64,000 nt of DNA, from positions 12,168,359 through 12,232,358 of the forward strand of contig OZ316893.1 in NCBI GenBank assembly GCA_973895155.1. The letters are read 5' to 3'. Position numbers and translations under genes: made by a program. Position 1 is the stretch's first letter, and every line of letters starts with the position of its first letter. The notes beneath the pieces were generated by a model, which was not told where the DNA came from, made no database searches, and saw nothing but the letters and a program-made list of their open reading frames with translations. The stretch is from Marsupella aquatica. Taxonomy: Eukaryota > Plantae > Marchantiophyta. This document shows, piece after piece, positions 53,718 to 64,000 of the stretch.

Positions 53718-55625
53718 CTATACTGGAACGAAGGGATTCATCCCAGGCTGGAACGAGAAGGTAGCCCATTTGTTCTTGAAAGAGCCGTCGGCACATGCAG
53801 GTGCAGGGAGGCAGCTCCACTCTCGATTCTGTACATTGAGCTCCACAACAGAGCTGCTGGCAACCTGTGGGTCACCGAAGTATATGCAAGCATTGTCACT
53901 AGCAAATAGCGTGGACGTAGCGTACATGGGTTCAGGGGGCCCTCGCGAGACTTCTCTGATGTCCAGAGAATCTGGATCCAGCTTGTACACGATGAGAGTA
54001 TTCCTCAATGTGTTGTGACTTAAGTTAGTGGTCCACCAAGTAGGGTGTACATGGAGGACCACCATTACGTGATTTTGACAAACCAGTAGCTCATAGGTTT
54101 CAATCTCATGCAACATACTTCCAAAGGGGTGATGAATGTTGGTCCAGGTCCCATCGCTCACGTTGTAAGACAGTAACTTCATCACATCATGGAAATCATC
54201 CGGGTCATACTCCATGACATACAAAACTCCGTTCAGGTATACACTGCTGGTGTTGCAAAGAGTTGCGCTTACCGTGGACCGTCTGATCGTCCAGACTTCC
54301 ATCCGGGAGTCATAGAGTTGGAAGAAGACTTTGGTGGGTTCTCTGTCATCTTTGGTGATCAGGAGCACTTGGTAGGCTTCAGATCCAATCGGGAGTAAGT
54401 GAATCTCCTTCGGGTATGCCATGTCCGGACGAGATGGAAGCCACCTCCAGGTTCTGGTCACAATATTGGCGACAAAGACCATACTGCGGTCGAAAACTCC
54501 GCACATAAGGCTTCCTGCTCCTCTGAGCCTGTTGGTTGAGAACCAGTTGCTTAAGCCCTCCCTCTCGAATCTGAGAGGCATGCTTTGCCATCGGTTGTAC
54601 TCTCGATCATAGCCCACCAGACACTCCTTCTCGATGTTCAAGATGATAGGGCAGTAGTGCTTCCACTTGGCCGACACGGCCCTCACCTCATCCTGAAACA
54701 CCAAGGCGTCTGGGCTGGCGGAGAAGTTCGTGTTCCATGACTTGTTCAGCACACGCGTTTTCAGAATCTCTGGAAATGATATCATTGCGAGGATCTTCTC
54801 CACCAATTCGTCCGGCAACGAGATCGCCTTGGTGTCAATCGGGTTGGGACCAACTTCGTCTCTTTCCCTCCGAAGCTGCTTTCTCCGAGAGTGAACGACA
54901 GCGCTTGAGACAGCCACAGAAATCCCATGCTTATCCTGTCCTTTCAATATCTCAGATACTAAATTCTCCCCATCCTGCCTGTCTTGTGCTCTCCTCCAAA
55001 AACCAAAAATTGGGCTCCTATTGAACCTTGTAGTCCTAAGACAGTCCTGATCTGGCACCTCAATTTCTGCCTCGTCTCCCTCGGGTTTCCTCTGCCTAAA
55101 CCTACACGCCGAGCTCATCCCAGCCACCCCAGAAACCCTGCGAAGCTCATCATGTTGCTTAAATTCTGCTACCTCTACTTGACACTCATTTCTCAAAGCT
55201 TTTGTGCTTTGGGGGAGTCCAGGGGCTACACCACACAATTCCTGCAGGAATTTTGATTCCTGCTCTAAGAAAGAAATCTTCCCTTCTACATCCAGCTCCG
55301 CATGCATTCTCCCACCCTCACAATGCAGAACTATGTAGTTGTTGTTGCTGCTGCTGCTGCTGCTCCCAATCATTGACTCTGCTTTCGTGCAGTGTTGTGG
55401 ATCTGAAAGAATGATCTTCTCAGATGTTGCTGCCTTCTCTTTCTTATCGGCTTGCCCAATGGAATCCTTCATGTGTACGTCAGATATCTGTGTGCTGCCG
55501 CTATAGCTTCCAAGAGGCGGAACCATGGAACGGCATCCGCTCGCGAGCTCCGGTTCTGTTTGCTCCCCATTATCATCATACTCGTCTCGATTCTCAAAGA
55601 CGGTGGGGGATCCCCTCACGAGCAT
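53718..55625 (-). CDS. F-box protein with long low-complexity N-terminus and kelch-like/FBA C-terminal domain, intronless, 635 aa
   Basis: Intact ORF with F-box ISLPDELVEKILAMISFPEILKTRVLNKSW, then GAGSLMC, VANIVTRTWRWLP, LYDSRMEVW, SVYLNGVLY and SYNVSDGTW; ends with FSFQPG. Confidence 0.9.
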   Translation of the reverse strand: MLVRGSPTVFENRDEYDDNGEQTEPELASGCRSMVPPLGSYSGSTQISDVHMKDSIGQADKKEKAATSEKIILSDPQHCTKAESMIGSSSSSSNNNYIVLHCEGGRMHAELDVEGKISFLEQESKFLQELCGVAPGLPQSTKALRNECQVEVAEFKQHDELRRVSGVAGMSSACRFRQRKPEGDEAEIEVPDQDCLRTTRFNRSPIFGFWRRAQDRQDGENLVSEILKGQDKHGISVAVSSAVVHSRRKQLRRERDEVGPNPIDTKAISLPDELVEKILAMISFPEILKTRVLNKSWNTNFSASPDALVFQDEVRAVSAKWKHYCPIILNIEKECLVGYDREYNRWQSMPLRFEREGLSNWFSTNRLRGAGSLMCGVFDRSMVFVANIVTRTWRWLPSRPDMAYPKEIHLLPIGSEAYQVLLITKDDREPTKVFFQLYDSRMEVWTIRRSTVSATLCNTSSVYLNGVLYVMEYDPDDFHDVMKLLSYNVSDGTWTNIHHPFGSMLHEIETYELLVCQNHVMVVLHVHPTWWTTNLSHNTLRNTLIVYKLDPDSLDIREVSRGPPEPMYATSTLFASDNACIYFGDPQVASSSVVELNVQNREWSCLPAPACADGSFKNKWATFSFQPGMNPFVPV

Positions 55626-55662
55626 TGCAATCTCTCCTCAGGAGTGTCGTGCGCATTCAGGA

Positions 55663-56150
55663 TTCAGAATCGTCGGATTCCCTCTTGCCAACAACGCTCG
55701 TCTTGATGATGATCACCTGTCTTTTCGAGTGTCAACTTGACCTTAAACCCCGTTTCAAGCCCCTGCTGCAAAAATCAGGAAAGCTCAGAGATCATCAGAT
55801 GGCCCACAACAGTTTCCTGCTGACTTCAGAATCGTCGGATTTCCATCTTGCCAACAACGCTCGTCTTGATGATGATCACCCGTCTTTTCGAGTGTCAACT
55901 TGACCTAACATCCCCTTTCAAGCCCTGCTGCAAAAATCAGGAAAGACCAGAGATCATCACATGACACACAACATTCCTGCCGACTTCAGAATCGTCGGAT
56001 TTCCATCTTGCCAACAACGCTCGTCTTGATGATGAACACCCGTCTTTTCGAGTATCAAATTGACCTAAAACCTCCCTTTCAAGCCCCTGCTGCAAAAATC
56101 AGGAAAGCCCAGAGAACATTCGATGGCCCACAACAAATTCCTGCCAACTT
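55663..56150. repeat. ~161 bp tandem repeat x3 directly upstream of the F-box start codon
   Basis: ttcagaatcgtcggatt..tcttgccaacaacgctcgtcttgatgatga...gctgcaaaaatcaggaaag starts at 55663, 55825 and 55985. Confidence 0.92.
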
Positions 56151-57629
56151 CACCTCTAATCCTTGCGTTGGTACAAATGATGGAAACCAGGCCGAATTTC
56201 TCTACCTTGTCCAAGATATAAAAAACGTGGTTGACGAATCAACATTCCTTGATCCCAATAATGGAACGAGAAATTGAGAGGATCCACTAAGACCAGCCAA
56301 GCAGAGCAAACGCAGTGGCTCACCAAGAACTGCCGAATGAAACGTTCGGTCGGTGGGAGATGGAATTCTATAGCAGCAACGCCTGCTCAACCGAGTCCAA
56401 CTCCTCTCAAACCTTGAATCGCCATTTTCCTTCCGTTCCCTTTGTCATTCCAGAGTCCGGAGTCCAGACCGTGCTGGTTACAATCAAGGTTGCAAAATCA
56501 TCCGTTGCAAATTCAACCGTTGCAAATTATCTGATTTCATTTTCGCTGGTCTATTCTTCGAATCCACAGAGAGAGAGAGAGATGATTGCCCAGCGAAACC
56601 CACTCACTCACTGCCAACCTCAGCCTCTGTCAGTTGAGCTGCCGAGAAGCAGATTACTCGTGAGCGAATAATTGAATTCAGCTTCGGAATTCGCACCCAA
56701 ATTCCGAATTCGCTGTCACTCGCTCGCCTCGTGTTCCTCAACCGCGGAGGTTGGAGCCTGTAGCCTGTGAATCCCTGCTCTCGCACCTGGCTGCTCCTCC
56801 TCGACCATTACAACTTCTTTGAGACTTGGCTCCAGACTTAACTACATGCGCTAGATGATGGGAAGGCGGTCAACCTTTGACTCCATTGTGGTTTTGGGGT
56901 GCCAATCACTTTTAAGACACTGATGGTGGACCTGTCTTGCTTTCTCCTCAGAAAATCTCCAGTAACTGGCTGACCCTTCCCTCCCTCCCTCCCCAATTGC
57001 AGCTTACCTCCGCAATTGCAGCTTGCTCGTCAATAAAACTTTCCAGGCGCGTTCCTTTCTGGATCTCTTGCCATGCTCTGCCCTCTTTCAAAGGTCACAG
57101 CTGTTGTGTCAAGTTTGCTTCGTCTGGGTAATCAGCCTAGCGCCGTCTCCGTCCCCTTTCCTCCAGCAAGCAAGCTCCGACGAGTCTGTTTCCTGAACCG
57201 CCATCATGTGCTCTGGAATCGAATTTGACCTGCGGCAGTCTCGTTGATGCAGTTCGAGGAACCACTAAGAAAGACTTATTATTCCTCTCCTTTCCAACAC
57301 GAAACTCTCCTTAGAATCTCCGTTTTGGATTTTTCTTCTCCCTGTCAGCGAGCGCGCGAGTCCACCGCTCGGGTCCCTCCTTTCTCTCTCGCTGCCTGCA
57401 CCCGAACGAAAGACTCTCGTTTCTTTGATTCTTGAAGGCAAGACTTGAGCTCTCTGTGGACAGGACCAACACTGTGCTCCCTGCATAATAATATAGAAGA
57501 GTCTGCTCCTCGCTTTTTGCTATGGCGGCTCGGCTCGGCTCGTCTCGGCTCGGCTCAGCTCAGCCCGGCTCGGCCATACCCACCTCTAGAATATCCACTA
57601 CTGGAGGAGTGCATGCTTTATGGCAAAAG

Positions 57630-57747
57630 CAACACCCCACTAGCGCTTGACTTAGAGTAATTTGTTCAGCAAAGTAATTGGAATGTTTGCCAACACCCCA
57701 CTAGCGCTTGACTTAGAGTAACTTGTTCAGCAAAGTAATTGGAATGT
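57630..57747. repeat. 60 bp tandem duplication
   Basis: caacaccccactagcgcttgacttagagtaa.ttgttcagcaaagtaattggaatgt occurs twice. Confidence 0.9.
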
Positions 57748-60700
57748 AGATAATTATCTTGCGAACAAGTAATTAGCACACAGAACTATGTGGTTCACTT
57801 TAGATGAGGCTATGTCAGCGGGAGAACACAAGAGCTTTGCTACACCCTAGGCTCGTTGTCCATATATATCAAGTCTTTACAACATAAATTCTCTCTATCT
57901 CTCAAGTGGTTTTCTAGTAATGAGCCTTAGTTCTTTCTCACAAACAAACACTTGCTTGTGTACATAGAAGGCAACACGACTAATTTAACCAAGGACTAAG
58001 GTTAGCCTAACTATGACTATAATAGTACCTCTAGACCAAAAAGTAAATGCTTAGCATAATTCAGGGTTAGTCATGTTGGCCTGCTCCATAAGGTGGATTT
58101 GGTTTCACCTAGGTCTCAGGGCATAAATCATTTTATTCATATTTATAAGTGGAAGGAATTCTGCTCACCCATAAGTGTTTGTCTCCTTCTAGAGGGTTTG
58201 CACTTCTAAATTTGTCATTTAGTGCAGCCCCCTTTACATCACGTACAATTGTACAAAAAGTCCAAACTGGTTGGAACAAAGGAAAGAATGGAACATCTTG
58301 CAACTATCCAAGGTTTGTACTTATGGAGTGCGCACTCAGAGGCAGGTCACTCTACTGCACTGTACTCTCGTGACGAACGAAGAAGTGTAGCATTCAGTCT
58401 CATCTACAGGAAGTCTTCCCACTGACAGTAAGGGTGGCTTTACATGTAGAAGTCTTCCCAATGGAGGAGGGCCACTTCTTGCTCTAAAGATAGACTCCTT
58501 GCCAGAAATCTTTTCAAATGAAATTAGGTAAATGCAAATTCCTTTGAATGAAGGAGCCAGATTCCAAAATTTTAGACCAAAAAATGGTCCACCTCCATAC
58601 GTACATGACCCTGGATTCTGGATTCCAGAATTCTAGACACAAAAATTACTTCACATGATCAGTTTCTTGGGTCCCACTCCTTGCCATGTTACATCCTTCA
58701 ACACCATGCCTGAATGGGCCCTGAGTTCTCATAAATCCAACTACAAATATTTTCACTCATTATACAGTCCTATCAAAGCCACCCTGGTATGCATGCACCA
58801 ACAAGTTCAGTTCTTCTCACTTCTCATGATCTTCCTACAAGGATCTGCCCCTCCTCGCCTTGTTGCGGCTCGTCTCGACTGGGCTGGCAATCCCCAATTC
58901 CAGTGCCAGGATTGGCCTGGTGGGCTTTCAGAACCCAAGACCCTACTCCAGTTCTGAGCTCCTGTACTCTTGGTGAAGTAGGGGCCTATTGCTTCTTCTT
59001 ACACCGTGATATTAAGTTTGGATTGTATAATGAGTAAAGTTGTACATGGTTGGGGCTGGCTTTATAAGAACTCGAGAGCCCAGTCAGTGCTGATGTTTGC
59101 CTATCCTACATGGCAAAGCAGTGGGCCCAAGGAAATGCTGGCGAGGAGAGCTTATTTTCTCCTCTTTCTAGGTTTTGGAATTTGCATTTGTAGTCTTAGT
59201 GTGACTTTACTGTTTATTCTCTCTGACGTTAGCTCTTTTGCTTTTACTTAATTATACTTTGTCTTGATCTTTTTTGTGAATTGGTCCATTTTGTGCTTGA
59301 AAATTGGAAACACTATTTTTCACACAAAATTGTATACCATGGAGTGAGCATGCAGAGAGAAGGAGAGCATGTGGGTGGTCAGGGCTTTCACGAGGGGGTC
59401 TGGCCTGTGGGAGGCGAGTTCACTCACTGACCTCGCCCCTCTCCTACAGCATCCTTGGGGAAGGAGGCAGTCAGGCCGCTCCGCAAAAAAAGCCATGGCC
59501 AAAAGTGTGTTTTGGACTTTGGTCACGAGTGGTACAGTAGGACTTTTGCAAATCAGTCACTTTAATTCCCAGAAAACCTTTGTGAACTTGACCAGATCCA
59601 AATCTGCAAGGTTTTCAAGGGCCTCCTAACTGGTTTCCTGCCTTTGGGATAGCGTCTCTCTTTTGGAAGCCTTTGTATTTTTGCCAGCGTGCAATACTTC
59701 GATACGTCAAGGAGAAAACAAAATATCTTTGCTCACAATGATTAGCACCAAAAAATATTATAGCGGTGATAAACGCGCTATTTTCCACCTCTCCTCAAAC
59801 TTTTTGTCACTTTTAGCTAGAATTCGATAGGTTTCTTTCTCCCATGAACCAGTTTCCCACCTAGCCATACGCCCCAGTAGCCATTAAATATATTGAGATC
59901 TAACGCTCACAAAATAATTTAAGAAAAAAACAAATAAAGAGCATTCTCCTTCACATTGGCTGACATCCTTGCCACATTGGTCAAAAAGGAAAAACCTTAA
60001 GGAATACCCTGGTGCCATATTAGGAGAAAACAAAAACGCACTAGTTGAGAATGATGAGCACTTATGGGAACTCATGTCTTTGAGATGTTGTCTCCCAACG
60101 GGTTACCTTTTGTTGGTTTGGCAGTGTTCCTTATAAAGGGGAACAAAAGCAATTATGGGTGCTACCCAGCTTATTTTTTAACGTTGTTTGTTTTTAGCCA
60201 ATGTGGCTAATGTGAGAGCCTCTCTAAGCTAGGAGATGCTAGGAATATTCTTCACTGAATAGGGCATCTCAAACCACAGGTCCACTAAAAAAAACCTGTC
60301 CCAAAAGTTGCTTTCAGTCTGCGAGTGTGTGCACAAGCACTTTTGATTATCATGTTGCCATTGTTTTTTCCGGGGAAAACTCCCTTGACCACGACCGGAG
60401 GCAAAACGAAGAGTATTTGAGACACCCTGAAGAGTTTGGTTTCAACAAGGTTTTAAGCATTTGACCATTTGTGGTCCGGCCTGTTACTCCTTGGTTTATT
60501 ACTGGGTGCCACTTTTCACATGAGTAAAGTGAAAATGAAGCTCCAATAGAACCTAAGTTTGTCAAAATGCTCCCATGGATTTTTGCAATTCAGATGGACC
60601 ACATTTTACTCTCAATGTCGCAAAGAATATTCTTACTTAGTGCCACCAGATGGTGAAATTTTTGTTTAGGGTCCATGGGAGTGCCTCAAGGAGAACTACG

Positions 60701-62955
60701 GGCTATCTTGCATGTGCCATGTCTTCAAAAACGAGGCCCTTACGAACTCCTGAATTGTAGGCAAAATGGGACCAAGTATTTCATTTTGTTTATATGAGAC
60801 TAAATACAAGATTACAAGGTAGGGAGGGTTGTCGCCCTTGCCCTTTGAAAGTGCATTTGGTTTTAACCGTGAAGACTGGTTCAAGGAGGGAGCGAGACAG
60901 GAAAGTCTTGGTCAATCCCATAGTTCCATCTCATCACGCATAGGGCCCATTATTTCATGACCCTCATATGCAAGACAGCACTAAAGTGTCTCCTTAAAAA
61001 TAAAAATAAAAAAATAGAATGACGAGGCATACTTGCATAATCGCCGTCACGAGCTGAAGTGACGTGAGACGGCTGCTGTATCAAGTCTGCTGTACTCTGA
61101 GTGATACCTTACTACGGTACACAGTACACTGGCGAGCAGGACCAACGGTGGTGACGTACTGTGGTTGCAGTCCGGACAACCGTAGCGTTTTCGTTCCGCG
61201 TCTTCAGAACGTTACATTACAGTGCAGTACCTACAGGGTGTAATGAACTTCGTACCTCAGACTGTATCGTTTTTCGAGTGATGCGAGTGCTTTAATTAAT
61301 TCGGAACCCACATGAATTATTAATTTATTATGCACTGGGAAGCTCCACACAATCGAGAACGTAGGAGCGGAAGAGGCGGCAGGGCAATGTTTATAGATTT
61401 TTTTGAACACATGAATCACATTGGAGTGCAGCATTCTGTGGATGAGTGATGGCCTATATGCATGGATGATATAGCATGGTATTTATATATCACGTGCCCA
61501 AGGGCAAAAAGGGCTGAACAGGGAGACATGAGCCCTAAGAAGGGAAGAAAATATTTTAAAAGATGATATTGCATGGATAGTCAGAGGAAGAGCAATGGAT
61601 GATAGAGGGATGGTATAGAAGCTGCTAATATGGTGAATACATATATTTTGTCTTATTGAGATTTTTTGTCATGTATTTTTATTAAATTTTAGACCCTTTT
61701 AATTTTAGGTGTTCTAGAGTATTTTGAATTTATTTTGGCAGCCCCCTTACAACTTTTAAATTTTGTGAACTCTTGACAATGAAACCAATTTCTCCACCAC
61801 TTGAACAAAATATTATCATGAGTGAGAGAAATGATTGGCAGACACTTTATTTACACTATTTTCTCCTTCTAGTTATGCTCTTATATTTTATTTATTTTTC
61901 AGATCATTACAAGACAAAAAACCAAGAATGTTCCAGAATGAGCAGCTATATAATGGGTAGCAGTATAATTGGATGGTAAAGGGAATATTTTGTTTTTTAT
62001 TCTAGCCTAGATAAGCGTGTATTTGTTGTTTTATTTACATTAATTCACATCAAATATAATTCATTTGTTTTTTAGTCCCTTCACTTTTTGCAGTTTCTAT
62101 TTTTTTCACCCATACAGCCACTCCAAGTTTGAATGACGTCCACTGCATAAAAGGCGGAGGTAGAACATTGTATGTATTGTAGTTAGTGATTGCACATCAA
62201 TTCCAAAAGAAAGACTCCACATTGCAAGAGGAAAGATGAATCATACACTCTGCATTGATGTTTGGGTGCTCCTACAAAATATTCTCAGTTCCTTAACGCA
62301 GTTATCAGAACCTTTAATTATTGCTAAACTTACGTCTGTCATGACATATCAAACTTAGGCGAATAAAGCTGTGCAAGCTGCGTTTTGATTAGTAAGGTCT
62401 CACACAAAATTGTTCATGACCTATCAAACTTATTATAGTGGCTTTACAAGAAGTCAGGGGCCCATTGCTTCTGTTTATTCACTATGAGATCAAATCTGGA
62501 TGGTGGACTTATCTCTACAAGCACTCAAGGGCCCACTCAGATCTGGTATCTACCAGTGAGTACTACATGGCAAGGGACTTGCAACAACTTGCACTATTGG
62601 CAGGGGCAAAATTTTGAAGCCATAGGCACATTTGAAACAGTACCATCTGCCAAGGTATTCTATAATGAAAGCAAACAGGAATTTTGTTAGCGAGGGGAGT
62701 GTTGTTAGCGAGACACTTGTGGTATTAAATTTCTTTTGCTTTTTGTTGCCTTTTATATTTTTTGTCCATTTTTTATGACTCCAGATGGGTAGTGCGATCC
62801 CTAGCAAAAAGAGGAGTCCCCAAAATGAATGTTATCAACCAGGTTACTGTTAACAAGGCAGTTGCTTATAGAAAAATTAGTGGTCATGTGAGGAAAATTT
62901 TTGCTCATGTGAGTAAAATTTCTACAGTTTCCTCGCAGGCTACAATGACCCCCAA

Positions 62956-63295
62956 CTGACCCACTAATAAAGGGAGAGAAACAAAGGGAAACCCCAGAGA
63001 GTCCCAACAAGAACAAGGCAAAAGAACTAAAGCCCTAATGAGTGACAAATGTGCATTTATGGTGCATGTTTCAAGTGTGGGGTTTGGGGGAAGTGAGGAC
63101 TGAGGAGTACCGGACCCTCATTTTACCCGATCCTACTCCTCAGTCCTCACTCCCCCAAACCCCACACTTGAAGCATGCAGGATAAATGCACATTAACCTC
63201 ATTTTGTCACTCACTAGCGCTTTAGTTATTTTGTCTTGTTCTTGTTGGGACTCTCTGGTTTTCCCTTTGTTTCTCTCCCTTTATTAGTGGGTCAG
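62956..63295. repeat. ~340 bp foldback (two ~155 bp inverted arms, ~25 nt loop); MITE or hairpin-RNA locus
   Basis: ctgacccactaataaagggagagaaacaaagggaaa...gtgaggactgaggagta pairs with tactcctcagtcctcac...tttccctttgtttctctccctttattagtgggtcag. Confidence 0.9.
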
Positions 63296-64000
63296 GTGGA
63301 TGTTTCAATTCCCTCCCTTGAGTGGGTCCTTTGGATACTGTGCACGATGACATAAACGCCACCGTATCGTGACGCAAGTGTGATGAGATTATGAGAATCA
63401 CGAGATCTGCTTGAAGTCACGAGCCACTAGTCATCAGCTACAGACTAACAAGACTGCTCCCTGGCCTACGATTGCTACATGGGTAATAAGTTGCTGGATG
63501 ACGACCTACAGATCCCAGCTGACGACAGCTGAGCTACAAGGGTTCGGAAAAGTCATACAGTCGTTCGTCTACTTTACATACCAGCAGGACCAAAGTAATT
63601 GAGGGACTGGGTTTGAAGTGCACCCGTTTTCATGCCCTTTAATTGTGAGCACTTTGTCGATAGATGTCTTCACCTCTCTCCTTCAGACAAGTGTTCCGTA
63701 AAAGTTGCGAGAGGATAAAGAGTTCTCATGTATGGTTGGAATACTTTACATACAAGCAGGACCAAAGTTTGAGCACTTTTTTTGGCAAATGAAATCGTCA
63801 GCGGGAACTCGGTTTCCATCACGATTTTCTACCCTCGAAAGGGTTATTTATTTGTTTTTTCAGAGCACAAAACCCTGAACTTACTACTCGGGACTTGCAC
63901 CCAGGATCTAGGCTTTGACCATGAGATACATCTCAAGTTAGTTCTTGAAAAGAGAACAAGAGGTACAAAAATTTCTCATACTCGGAAAAGTCGTAGTTCT

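Noticed and set aside
53452-54018. 188 aa plus-strand ORF
   Set aside because: Largely the antisense shadow of the F-box CDS on the minus strand

Overview
Eukaryotic, intron-containing plant genomic DNA. A bryophyte or liverwort origin is my inference from gene content and repeat style, not a proven assignment. Host genes: a 3-exon adenylate kinase 6 (AK6/Fap7) gene, two intronless F-box genes, TOM5, a probable lineage-specific 2-exon gene on the minus strand, and a decayed TORNADO1-like LRR-ROC-COR (ROCO) pseudogene cut by a gypsy remnant. Many MITE-like foldbacks and local tandem duplications lie between them. The standout is a decayed ~9 kb Ty3/gypsy LTR retrotransposon (~22.5-31.9 kb). 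Its pol has the order gag(CCHC x2)-protease-C5 DNA cytosine methyltransferase (DNMT3-like, motifs I, II, IV, VI, VIII, IX, X visible)-RT-RNase H-integrase-PHD finger. The element therefore carries its own DNA-methylation writer and a histone-reader domain. This copy is inactive: it has many TAG/TGA stops consistent with 5mC deamination, several frameshifts and a truncated 3' LTR. All homology calls come from motif recognition by eye; no searches were run.
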